This document shows, piece after piece, positions 41,523 to 54,171 of a DNA stretch of 64,000 bases. The stretch is taken from the NCBI RefSeq assembly GCF_006345805.1, contig NC_043002.1:67332001-67396000 (forward strand), given 5' to 3'. The position numbers were made by a program, and so were the translations under genes. Numbering within the stretch: the first letter of the stretch is position 1; each line of letters starts with the position of its first letter. This DNA is from Octopus sinensis (taxonomy: Eukaryota). The notes under the pieces are model-generated. The model was not told the DNA's origin. It was given only the letters and a program-made list of their open reading frames with translations, and searched no databases.

Positions 41523-42961
41523 TGTGGGCGAGGGAGGAAAATAATTATACTCACGGTTGTGAAAGGGAGCACGGCGGTCTGATTTTGCCTGCTTCCCTTT
41601 CTTCCGCTACTGCGGGCCTTTGACCGGCGTTGCCACTGGGCTCTGGGTTGGTGTGTGGTTGCCGGTTTTGTTAGTTTTCCTTCTAACACCTCTTTGGTGA
41701 CATCTCTTATTAGGCGGTTCTTCAGGTGTTCCTGAAGAACCTCCTCCTTCCATTCGTTCTCGCCTACCTTGGCGAAGCGCGCAATTGCTTTTCCATCTGA
41801 GGTTCTGCTATACAGCATGAACCTCGACAGTTTGCAGCATTTGTAAACTTTTCGTTTTTTTCATCAAACGCAATTATTTTTTTCATTTTTCAATAAACAT
41901 TTTTAGGATCTTGTTTTACGGGGGGGCTTGGCAAACTGTTTTCCAATGAAAACAGTGCCGTGGGGTAGGGTTGGGGATTTGTTTAATGTGTGTGTCTGCA
42001 GTGTTAGTTGTTTTTTTCCTTGTTGGGGAGGGGAGTCCAGGGTATTTTCCTTTTTTCTTTTGTGCGTAACTTGGGTGTATTCCATCGGTTCTATTTGGTC
42101 TATTTTTGCTTCCGTATTTGTCTTGGTCGTTTGTTGTTCTTCTTAGCTTCCTCTCCCTCCGCATTGGGTACACTTGGGGGCCGCATCTTCTGTTCTTTTT
42201 TTCCTGATGCAATTGGAACGGACGTGACCCTTTTCTCCACACTTGAAGCATCTGGGTCTTCGTCCTTCCACCGACACTCTCATGGACGTGCCATCCTCGT
42301 TAAAAATCCTGTCAGGCAGGCTCTCCAAGATCTTGTTCTCTGCCTGTACGAGGAGCTCCAGAGTCTGACCCCTCCAACGTACCGCTTCCTTCCTTCTCAT
42401 TTGCAGTATGTTCATTTCGCGTTCCACATCATGTAAGACCGCCGCTGCTACCCACATGGTGTCGTATCCTCTGGGTATGTCTTCAACCGTTACCTTTGCG
42501 GTTCTCTTCCCCATATACGAGGGTAGCAGCATGATGTCGTCGTTTTTAAGGGTCAACGACGACACCTCCTTCGCCACCTCTGCCGTGTCAAAGTGTGCTT
42601 CGATCGTGGCACTTCGTGCACCTCTCACTATATGGCGAATTTTATCCCACACCGGGGCCAAGCATTTCTCAACGGTTTCGTTTTTTTACTTCCATGATCT
42701 TTTTCTTTAAAGTTGTACACTTATAGATTACGATCTTTTCCTTAATTTCTTGCACCTTCGCTTGCGGCGGCACAAGCCTTATTTCTCCTCCTTCTAGTTT
42801 TACCAAATTCCTATATTCGTACAGTTGTTCAATCTTGAATTCTATCTCCAACATGGCGCCGCCCACCGCGGCCGAGAATGATTGCCTGGGTACTTGATTT
42901 TCCTCTTTTTCACCTTTTCCCATCACGGAAAGTCCTCCTTCGACGTCAGGTCGAACTCCAT
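41501..42961 (-). pseudogene. LINE ORF1 (gag-like, zinc knuckle), frameshifted in this assembly
   Basis: PRCFKCGEKGHVRSNC fits CX2CX4HX4C. Confidence 0.88.
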
Positions 42962-43473
42962 CTCTGAAAGTTACCTTTAAGGTAACAAGAATATGGTTAG
43001 TACACAAATTCTGCCCCGTAGGGCGAAAATTATCGTTTTACGACGGGTACTGTTCAGAACAGTTTACACAAACAATGATATTATAACTTCGAATTCTCTC
43101 AAATAGCAGCAGCAATTTCTCACAACGCAAAACGCAAAAAAATCTACGCAAATTTCAGCATTCCAAGAAACGATGTATTTTTATGCAATTTATTTTAGGT
43201 CTTTCATGTGACTTCAACCAATTAAATTTTGAGCCAGGCTGAATTTAACTTCACTTTTTTTTCTCTCCCTCTTTTATAACACAATATTTTAATAAAAACA
43301 ATAACTTTGTTGTTATTATTTTATTTAAAGCGTTGCACGCCGAACAAAATGCATAACAATATTTTCTTCCAGTTCTTTACGCTCTGAGTTCAAATGCCGT
43401 TGAGATCGACTTTTAGAGTCGATAAAATAAAGTATCTATCAAATACTGGAGTAGATGTAATAGACTTACCCCT

Positions 43474-43506
<33 letters not shown>

Positions 43507-43573
43507 GCCACAGAAATCGGGAAACCGGGCCCATGAACCTGGCTAGGCTTGAAAAGGGCGATTTTTATCGTTC

Positions 43574-43606
<33 letters not shown>

Positions 43607-43619
43607 TATATACATATAT

Positions 43620-43780
43620 ATTTGACTTGCTTCTTCGAGTTTCCATCTACCAAATCTACTCTCAAGCCTTTGGTCGACTCTAGGCTATAGTAGAAAAAAA
43701 CTTCCCAAGATGCCACACAGTGGGACTGAACCCTGAACCATGTGGAAAACAAACTTCTTACCACACAGTCACGCCTGTGC
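43620..43780 (-). mobile_element. SINE family A head
   Basis: Family match. Confidence 0.75.
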
Positions 43781-44177
43781 ATATATGTATATATTACAGA
43801 CTATCTATACTGGTGCTTGCCTTATGACTTTCTCTCTTGATAGAAGTGGTTCTGTCGAGGTCTCTTGAAATTTCTGAAGTGTTTCTGCTTTGTTCATTGA
43901 TGTGTGAGAGTATTGCGATAAAGACTAACAAGGGTTTCAGAAGAATGTTATATTGGTAGAGCAAAAACAAAAATTATGCCTGAAGAGTAGTTATGGTAGT
44001 TAACTAGGTGAGTTGCGTGGATGCTTTGAGCGTGGGCTAAGATCTGAAGAGAGTCAAGATATGATGCCATTAGGTCTCCTCTGTGACGGGAATGATTAAT
44101 AGGAAAATACTAACTGTACTTCCTGTATTTTATGTTTCGTTTTACTGTGATTTGAACTGTTTAAGAGAAAAAAAAAA

Positions 44178-44488
44178 TGATCGCCTTTTTCAAGCCTAGC
44201 CAGGCTCATGGGCCCGGTTTCCCGGTTTCTGTAACGTAGGTGTTCCCCCCAGCTAGACGGGCCGCCAGTCCATCGCAGCGTTACTCAAGAACAGGAAGAG
44301 AGAGAGTGAGAGAAAGTTGGGGCGAAAGAGTACAACAGGGGTCGCCACCACCCCCTGCCGGAGCCTCGTGGAGCTTTTAGGTATTTTCGCTCAATAAACA
44401 CACACACAACGCCCGGTCTGGGAATCGAAACCGCGATCCTCCGACCGCGAGGTCCGCTGCTCTAACCACTGGGCCATTGTGCCTCCAC
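44178..44488 (-). mobile_element. SINE family D with tail 1
   Basis: Family match; TSD tttaagaga at 44160-44168 and 44490-44498. Confidence 0.9.
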
Positions 44489-44498
44489 ATTTAAGAGA

Positions 44499-44762
44499 AT
44501 GCAGTTCTATATTTAAGAGATGGGGAATTTTGTACATTATTTACATTTGACGGATATTTGCCCTCATCTTGTTTGTTACTGATATACCCTCCAGCCTTCA
44601 TCAGGTGTCTTTGGGAAATTTCGAACCTGGGTTTCCATTCCTAAGGTATTTTTCGCTGTTGTTGTTATTATTATTATTATTATTGTCACTGCCTGGAATC
44701 GAACTCGGAATCTTGGGGTTAGTAGCCCACGCTCTTAACCACTACGCCATATGCCCGTAGGC
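44499..44762 (-). mobile_element. tRNA-like head fused to a PLE-pLTR-like tail with a half hammerhead
   Basis: A box TGGCGTAGTGG, B box GAGTTCGATTCC, (AAT)n/(AAC)n linker, then acacCTGATGAaggctggagggtatatcag. Confidence 0.6.
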
Positions 44763-44974
44763 ATATATAATGTAAATAATATTTAAGAAAATATTTGGTG
44801 CTTTGGTTCTTCGGGATGTCTGTTGTATATGAATAAAAAGTTTTGCTGGGATGTTCCAACGTATTCAACGATACTGTAGTACGTCTATGTTTAAGCCATT
44901 CATTTCAGATCCTACATAATTTTATGTTGGCACCGAAAGGTAAAATATTTCATTATATTTAACACTAGTCTTCC

Positions 44975-46870
44975 GGTTAAACGTTCTAAGTTCAAATACT
45001 GCCGAGGTCGACTTTGCTATTCATCTTTTCAGGATCGATAAAATAAAATGCCTGTTAAATTTGGGGTCGATGTAATCGACTCGTACCCTCTTCTAAAAAA
45101 TTATGAATGCTGTCCATATACCAAAAATGAGAAAAAGGCAAGCGTTAAGGCGGCGAGCAGGCGGAATCGTTTCTACGTCGGACAAAATAGTGAGCGGCAT
45201 TTCTTCTGGCTCTGAACGTCCTGAGTTCAAATCTTGCCCAAGTCAATTTTACTTCATGTCCCTTCGAGATCAAGGAAATAAAGTAGCAGTGAAGTATTGG
45301 GGTCGATGTAATTGACTCCTTTCCTTCAAATATTTCAAGCCTTGAATACTGCAACAGACCGGCATCTCGAGTATGAGGGATGTTGTAATCCTGGCCAAGG
45401 AAATAGGGCAGTCGGCCTTATTATAGTCCTAGGAAACGAGTAAAAAAATAAGAAAACAAACGTTGCTGTTTATAACTTATACATTATTTCCTGATTTACT
45501 GCGTCGATTTCCAATTCTGCAACGGAATGTAAATTGTGATGTGGAAGTACGTAGTGTGACAGAAATAACAGAAAATACTATTTTTAGTGATGTGTAACGT
45601 AAACAAAGAAACAAGACAACAACAAATAATAAAACTACGCTAAGAGTACATCGATCTCAAGATGCTGCTCTTTTTCAATTTTCTATCACTAATACCCTTA
45701 AGAAATGATATGAACGTCACAGGATACCATTTTCTTCACCTAAAAATAAAGTCATATGTACAAATATAATGATTACATACAAATGTTAAAGCAAAGGCTG
45801 CAAGTAAAATGTCGCTCTTACAAAATGTTTGTTAGTTTTGTAAAACTGCAAATCGGCAGCATATTTCTTGTTAAAAAAAAAAGACAGATAAAAAAATAAC
45901 TAAACACATGCAAAGTTTAAATTTACAAAAAAGAAAAACGAAAGCAGGATCTGAATACAAATGACTTCCGGGTTGCTATTTTTAATCACTTTGGAATTCT
46001 TAAATTGGAAAGAAAATTAGATATTGATTAGAGAAAGAACAATTTGAAAAAAAAATGGAAACCAAGAAAACTTCATTCAAAACCAGCGTCTCTTTTATTC
46101 TATTATATTTATTACATTAAGGCGGCGAGCCGTCAGGATTATTAGCACGCCGGACAGAACACTCAGTAGCATTTCGTCTGTCTTTACGTTCTGAGTTCAA
46201 ATGACGCCGAGGTCGACTTTGCCTTTCATGCTTTCGGAGTCGATAAATTAGGTACCAGTTGCGTACTAGGGTCGATCTAATCGACTGGCCCCCTCCCCAA
46301 AAATTTCGGGATTTGTGCTTTGAGTAGAAAAGATTAAGGCGGCGAGGTGGGAGGACTGTTAACACGCCGGATAAAATGCTGAGCGGCATTTCGTCCGTCT
46401 TTACGTTCTGAGTTCAAATTCCACCGAGGTCAACTTTGCCGTTCATCCTATCAGGGTCAATGGAATAAGTACCATCTACTAGCCCTCTCCCTTCAAAATT
46501 ACTGGTCTTGTGCCGAAATTTGAAGCCAAAGGCGGCGAGCTGGCAGAATCGTTAGCACGCCGGGCGAAATGCGTAGCCCTATTTCGTCTGCCGTTACGTT
46601 CTACGTTCAAATTCCGCCGAAGTCGACTTTGCCTTTCATCCTTTCGGGGTCGATAAATTAAGTACCAGTAACGCACTGGGGTCGATGTAATCGACTTAAT
46701 CCCTTTGTCTGTCCTTGTTTGTCCCCTCTATGTTTAGCTCCTTGTGGGCAATAAAGAAATAAGAATCGTCAGCACACAGTACCAAAAGCCTATCGACGTC
46801 TCGTTTATCTTGGCGTTCTGAGTTCAAATTCCGACGAGATCGACTTTACCTTTCATCGTTTCGGTTCTCC
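44975..46870 (+). mobile_element. Cluster of at least 6 SINE family C copies; four head-to-tail in 46118-46870
   Basis: Heads aaggcggcgag at about 45147, 46118, 46336 and 46528; headless units at about 44975 and 46765. Confidence 0.85.
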
Positions 46871-47220
46871 ATCTTTAGACAGCGGCCACATTGGGGTACT
46901 GCTTTGAAGACTTTTCAGTCGAATGAAACGACCGCAGTACTTTTGTTTTAGCCTAGTACTTATTCTATCGGAATCTTTTGCTGAACCACTAAGTTACGGG
47001 GATGTAAACACAACAACACCGGTTGTCAAGCAGTGGTGGGGGGACAAACAGGGACACAAAGGGACACCCACATACACACACACACCAAATCCACTCATAA
47101 GCCTTTGGTTGGCCCGAGACTATAGTAGAAGACACTGTCCAAAGATAGCACGCAGTGTGACTGAACCCGGAACCATGAGGTTGGGAAGCAAGCTTCTTAC
47201 CACATACCCACACCTGCGCC
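46868..47220 (-). mobile_element. SINE family A
   Basis: Family match. Confidence 0.78.
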
Positions 47221-47764
47221 TGTTGGTACCCTTAACATAATTCTCCGGTAGAATCAGTGTGACACGGAATGTGACAAGGATTTTGTGACACGGAATGTGA
47301 CATGTACAATCCACCTGGTGGGATTCTATACAATTTCCGCGACCCGAGGCTATAGAAAATAACAATCTGTCCAGGATGCCACTCAGTATGATCGACCTCG
47401 AGACCTCGCGGCTGCGAAACGAACTTCTTCACCATTCGGCCATCTAAACCTCGTATAAATTAAAATGTCTGAAATGTTGAGGCATTTTCCAACAGAACCG
47501 TTTAACGTCAGACATTATTCTTCTTTGAATCATTATTTCACTGAAATAAATTACTCCACACATTTCCATTTTATTACAAAAATCTTGAAACCAAAAACAA
47601 ATATTTTCCTCAGAATATCTGTTGTTTCTATAATTTTTTAACGTATACTTTCTTTTGCTTATCCCTAAATTTTGTATTGCCTTTTCTTCATATACCACTT
47701 CTTTTATTTGATAGCCCCAACTCTTCTCCAACCCATTCTGTCTCTCTCTCAACAACCAATTTCT

Positions 47765-47807
<43 letters not shown>

Positions 47808-47915
47808 ATTGTATGTGCGCTTGTGTAGTTCTCATTTCTTTTCGAAATACGTGTCTAGTTCGTACGCATACTCATAGACTGTAATATAAATAAAGATGTG
47901 TAGGTAGATAGATAT

Positions 47916-48045
<130 letters not shown>

Positions 48046-48707
48046 GGCTGGTGCATAGATATAGGTTGACTAGTATTTATATTAACACACACATACACAC
48101 ACACACACTTATACATACGTAGGCGAAAAGTGTACAGAAGCTCGTCATACACACATGTGTCATTGTGTTTATCTGTGTATATGTTTGGTGTTTAAGGAGT
48201 TGTTTTAAATCCGATATCTGAGCCAGACATAAGCTTGACTGTCTTGCTGATCATGTAGCAAGATCAACAGTAGAGAATATTTACCTCAACAATTAATAAT
48301 TACATACTACTTCTGTATTGCGTATTTTCCTCTTATTTGTATACTCAAACATACACATACACGCATATATACATGTGTAGGGCATAGGATATCCGTCGTT
48401 CGACATTGCGAGAATTCAGTTGTTCTATCAACGGAGTTACCTGCTCCTGTGTTAAGCGCTGTAAGCGACAGAGCATCTTACAGTCACGTGTACCATTAGA
48501 GATATGGTGTGCAATAAAGCTGTACCTCTTGAATTGCAAGCATAGTCCATTCGACGGGCTTCTACATAGTTTCTGCCGACACTGTTTCATCACAATGTTT
48601 GGGTCAACCTGAGACTAGAGAAAATGACATTTGCCCATAGAGGTTGATGTTGGGCTGCGTCGGCAAGACTTGCTTAGAAAAATCGATAAAAAACGTAGAG
48701 TGAACGG

Positions 48708-48881
48708 GGAAAATCTAACGTTTCGGATAAGGTGCCCTTCTCCAGGGAAAATTTGAAAGGAGAGAAATAAATGAGAGACAGCAAAGTTGTATATCCAAAT
48801 ACAACTCTGATGTTTCATTAATTTCTCTCCCTTCAAGTTTTCCTTGAAGAAGGGTACTTTGTCCGAAACGTTAGATTTTCC
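48708..48881. mobile_element. Foldback of two inverted PLE-pLTR-like arms, each with a hammerhead-like motif
   Basis: 48708-48775 is approximately the reverse complement of 48814-48881; TTGAAGA or CTGGAGA...ccGAAACGTT in each arm. Confidence 0.6.
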
Positions 48882-49411
48882 ACGCCTTACGGCAACTTCA
48901 CTCAATACTTTTTATCAATTTTACTATATTTTACACATACACACACACACACACACACATACACACATACACACACACACATATATATATATTAATGTTT
49001 GTTTTTAAGAAATAGATATATATATATATATAAATACACACACACATGCACGCACACACTCACACACACGCGCACACACATACACACACACACATAAATA
49101 TAAAGCGTAATTCAGAACCGTTTAAGCTTGAAACGTGCTTTTGGTATTTTAAGCTTTTTTAATATATATTGGGGCAAGTTCATTCTTCTGTGCCTTCATT
49201 ATCCAATTTTTAAATATTTCTAAATAGGTGGTGTTTTATATTGACGTCATGTTATTTTTCATTTGTCAATCTGACGATTGTTCTGTCACCATATATCGAT
49301 TAGGGCCAGCTCCATGTGAGGAGTAGGGGGGGGGTAATCTGAAGAATCAGGAATTCTCACAAGTTGATATACCGTAGAGGAAGAGTACATGCTTGGTATC
49401 TAGAGATAGGA

Positions 49412-49469
49412 GGACAGTTGTGGACACGTGTTCCTGGTTCTATGGCCGTCTTCAGCACAACAATTGTCC
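49412..49469 (-). ncRNA. Degenerate minimal hammerhead-like motif
   Basis: ggaca-att-gttgtg-CTGAAGA-cggccatagaacca-GGAA-CACGTGT-C-cacaac-tgtcc. Confidence 0.55.
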
Positions 49470-50565
49470 AACCTTATTTCCAACAGCTTATCTCCAGGAC
49501 TTAAACTTATATCAAAAGTACAACTTGTCACTTCTTTCCATTGATCATTGTCGTGTTATCGTATCTCATTGGCTGGTTCGACCACTAGTGAGTGAGGTGA
49601 TGTGACATACAATAAGTGACTTCTATTTCATTACTTCGGAGAGGAAATTTGTGTAAGAGACGATGTGAGATATAAAGTATTCAAGGAGTGTATCGTAGGT
49701 GATGAGAGTAAGAGCTAGTATTGTTTCGGTTACATACATATGATATACTTGCATATGTTTCATTATAAGGATTACATTTCTTTTCCCTTCATTCTCTCTC
49801 ATCCACTCCTTTCCTTCCTCTCCTTCTTTCTCTTTCCTTTTTCTCATTCTCCCTACCTTTACATCTCTCTCTTTCCCTTCCTCTCTCACTCTCTCTCTCT
49901 CTCTCTCTTTCTTTCTCTCTCTCTCAATCTTTCGGATTTTCCTAACGTCTCCTTCTTCCTCGTTAATTTTTTTTTTACTTTTGCTCATTTAGTTATCTGT
50001 ATGTCTCAATTCACTTCCACACACTTTCTTTCTCTTTTCCCCCTTTCTCTCCTTCTCTCTCCCTCCCTTTTCTTTCGCCGCCTCTCCTCTTCCCTCTTTC
50101 TCTTCCTTTCTCCTACCCTTCTTTCTCTCTCTCTTTCTTCCTCTCTTCCCACCAATCCTCTCTACTTTACCCTCCCATATTTCATTAAGTGCCACTTGCT
50201 TTATTCTGTCTTTCTAGCGGTTAGCTATCTCCATTTTCAACTCTCCTTAGCGTTTCCCATTCTAAAAGTGTTTCTCGCTCACTTTCTTTTCCTCTTTCTC
50301 CTCACCATCTTTTTCTCTTTTAACTTTCTCTTTTACTCCTCCGTAATTTCTATTGTATTGTTCACCCACTCTCATCTTCTCCTCCCTTCCTTGTGAAAAA
50401 AATCTACTTCAGAATCTCTCTTGCAAAAAATATATGTGCGCACATACATACATATGTACATTGGTATACATATGTATGTCAATATATGTTAGTGTATGTA
50501 TATTATATATACAAGTGTGTGTGGGTGTATGTGTGTGTAGGCATATATATATATATATTATATAT

Positions 50566-50611
<46 letters not shown>

Positions 50612-50657
50612 ATAATATATTTATGCATGTATATATATATATATATATAGGTATATA

Positions 50658-50701
<44 letters not shown>

Positions 50702-50889
50702 TATGTCCTGTACCCATATATGCATGTATATATACATGTAGATGTAGGTACGTACATATATGTATGTATATATGCATATGTTTTATTTATTAATTTGTTA
50801 TTATATATATATATATATATACATACATACATACATATCGGTATGTCTATATATATATGCACACTTGCATACATACGCATGTATATAAT

Positions 50890-50956
<67 letters not shown>

Positions 50957-51409
50957 TATATAAGTGTGTGGTGGGGCAGTCATATTACATAAACTATGAA
51001 TGCATGCATGTTAGTGTGTATGTGTTCGCCTATTCAATAACAACTTCCTCTAAGAATGGCGCATCTTTTCAAATACCTATTTTTGTACGGTGTACTATAT
51101 AGATGCCAGCTTCCATGAGTGACTTCTTCCTTTCTCTATAACAGTGCGAATGTTTCGACGAATGTTCTAATAGTTGAATATAGTCTTCCTTATGCATCGC
51201 ATGCATTCTTTCATTCTAAATTCTTAACGCTTATATTTCTGTCTTTCTTTGTTTTCTATTAAATATATTTATAACATAGTCTTTCAACTGACATTAACAA
51301 TTTAGATCAAGAAATTTTTTTCCGATTTTTTTCTCCTTTCACTATATTTAGTTTTTGCTTTATTTTATTTCTGTAAAGCGGCTACAACATAGAGCAATGG
51401 ATTGGATTA

Positions 51410-51640
51410 AATACCTAGGCTCGTGACCAAGTGGCTCAGCCACTCAAGATCGCAAGATTGTGGTTTCAATTCCCGGACTAGACTGGTGCGTGGCGTTCTT
51501 GAGCAAAACACTTCATTTCTTGTTACTTCAGTTTATTCAGTTATAAATGAGTAAACCTGAAACGGACTAGGTCCCGTTCAGGTTGGGTGCTGTTATCTTG
51601 GTCATTTTATATGCCATGGAACCCAGGAAAGTGGTCCTAC
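51410..51640 (+). mobile_element. Degenerate SINE family B
   Basis: ggtttcaattcccggac...ttcttgagcaaaacacttcattt. Confidence 0.65.
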
Positions 51641-51682
51641 GGACCCTAGGAATCGAGATAGTAGTGTCCGAGGTTGTTGTTT

Positions 51683-52096
51683 TCTTATTCTTCCAATCAG
51701 GACTCACGTCATTAGCCACACAGAATAATCTCTAATTCGAGCCTACTAAGAATGCGTGTGGCAACTTAAAGATCTACCCACCACACGCGATAGACTGGCG
51801 GTTGCAGGGGCACAAAAGCTATGTTGTTATCCTCATTCCGTAAACGGTGGCTTTTAACGAGTGGATAGCTGAACCATCCGGGGGTGCAGAGGATTCGCAA
51901 TCTAGACTAGGGTTGAAAGTTTTACCACACCATAGTGGGTTACACCATGGTTCCTCTGCTTTGTGGCAGAAGTAGGAGTGAGAGAAAGTTATGGTGAATG
52001 AGTACAGCGGGGTTCACAATGCCCGGTCTGGGAATCGAAACCGCGTTCTTACGACCACGAGTCAGCTGCCCTAACCACTGGGCCATTGCGCCTCCA
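51683..52096 (-). mobile_element. SINE family D head with tail type 3
   Basis: D head at 52020-52096; 15-bp TSD ccgaggttgttgttt at 51668-51682 and 52097-52111. Confidence 0.82.
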
Positions 52097-52498
52097 CCGA
52101 GGTTGTTGTTTCTGTTGTAGTTGATAATGATGATGATGAGGAGGATTTAAGTACGTCCGTTTAACTCTCCACAGTGATAGACTGTGTGCTTCACCCCTTC
52201 CGGTCTTGATAAGATACAATGCGTGAGATGTAATAAGGAAGTCCTCATCGACTACGCTTTTCTACGTTTTTGTGTGGCATCGAATCCGTTTCAGAAATCT
52301 TCATGGTTATTCATCAAAATGAAGAGGGTGGTTCACAGTGAGGTTAGAGCGCTAAACTAAATGATACGTTATATATGTATATATATATATATATATATAT
52401 GTGAAATAGAAAGATGAATAATCTTGTAGTAGATTAATCAAAAGTTTAACCGATACCTTAGTAGCAAAAATCACAGCACATTTCTTCAATTCACCAAT

Positions 52499-52530
<32 letters not shown>

Positions 52531-52742
52531 CAGTAAATCAAAATTCCATAAATACTTAAATAGTCAGTTTTATTCATTCATTCCAATTATGAATGTTTAA
52601 TAATTGAATGTTGTGAGTTAAAAATCGCGTTTTTTTAAAACATTTGTCTATTTATAAGCGAAGTCTCATATAAAATAATTCTTTGTTTTAATCTTGGAAT
52701 TAAATGGTTTTGATTTTCTGTCAGATCACTTTTGTCCAACCC

Positions 52743-52826
<84 letters not shown>

Positions 52827-53071
52827 TGTCAGCCACTGACCATTCAAAATACGACCATTAAGGCATTCCCAGATTTCCCCACCCCCTCTCCACATCAGCC
52901 ACATTATTCTTCACCTATCCTACAAAGAACTCAAAACGACCTCGAACACACAAGTGCAAACAAGGGAGTCAGAGAAAGGCAGAATGCTACTTATATCTGA
53001 ACACTACTACAGAAATATTCTTTTAAAAAACTTTTCTTCTAATTTTTCTAAATTTAATTATTTAATCGTTA

Positions 53072-53109
53072 CAGTTGAAAAGGTCTCAAAATGACCGAAA
53101 CCGGTACTG
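53072..53109 (+). ncRNA. Minimal type I hammerhead ribozyme with U3:A8 variant core
   Basis: cag-TTGAAAA-GGTC-tcaaaat-GACC-GAAA-CCGGT-A-ctg. Confidence 0.65.
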
Positions 53110-53158
53110 AAAGATTCACTATAAAATCATCTTAGCATTTTCTATTTTTGACTTCTTT

Positions 53159-53204
<46 letters not shown>

Positions 53205-53210
53205 TCTTTT

Positions 53211-53580
53211 ATTCTTTTACTTGTTTCAGTCATTTGACTGCAGTCATGCTGGAGCATCGCCTTCAGTCGAACAAATCGACCTTAGGACTTATTTTTTGTA
53301 AGCTTAGTACTGCTTCTATCGGTCTCTTTTACCGAACCGGTAAGTTGCCAAGCGATGGTGGGGGGACAACCACAGACACAGAAATATACATACACACACA
53401 CACACATATATATGTGTATGTGTGTATTTCTGTGTCTGTGTTTGCCCCCCCCCCCTCACCACCATATATATATATATATATATATATACGACGAACTTCT
53501 TTCAGTTTCCGACACTTGCCCAAGATGCCACGCTCAGGGATTGAATCAGGAACCATATATTTGGGAAGCAAGCTTCTTGC
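53211..53580 (-). mobile_element. SINE family A
   Basis: Family match. Confidence 0.78.
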
Positions 53581-54171
53581 AAAACATATATACATATTCC
53601 AATACAACGCCAAAATAAACACACATCAAAATATTTAACGCGTGGTCAAATTTTTTCACTACCACAAATAAGTCAATATGAGACTACTGACGTAAAAGTC
53701 TAACGGTCAAAAAACCCTTTGGCGGAAAAGTTTACATAAATTTGATCAGTAAATTAGAGGCAACACAGACACCAAGTATATCCAATTCGTGGAAATGAAA
53801 ATGTGAATATCTGGAAACGTTGAATATGAATTTAAGAACTTTATTTTTCCAAATTAAGTGTAAAAAGAAAAAGCCTAAGAAAATGTGAAAATTTTTTAAT
53901 AAAAGATATATATTTGTGCACTTGTATATGTGAGTATGTGTGTATGTGTGTGTTCGTGTGTATGTGTGCGTGTATGCGTGTGTGCACATATGTATGCATA
54001 TACATATATGTACATGTATATAAACATAGACGTGGTGGAGGACAAACACATGTGCGCGCGTGTGCGCACACGCACACACGCATGCACACCCACACACGTA
54101 TGCAACCCACACACGCATGCACACGCACACATACACATGCACGCTCGGATACACACACACACATATATATA

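Larger units (their letters stand above)
37895..43155 (-). mobile_element. L1/Tx1-clade LINE, copy 2, apparently full length (about 5.26 kb)
   Basis: ORF1 42961 to about 41501; ORF2 41522-38137; 3' UTR with AATAAA at 37906-37901. Confidence 0.95.

Noticed and set aside
44689-44760. Functional tRNA gene
   Set aside because: No acceptor-stem pairing and an atypical ACT anticodon; treated as a SINE-type head.
49740-50396. 218-aa hydrophobic ORF
   Set aside because: Translation of a CT-rich pyrimidine tract, low complexity.
52720-52745. Tc1-like TIR end (acttttgtccaaccctg)
   Set aside because: No matching opposite TIR or transposase found.
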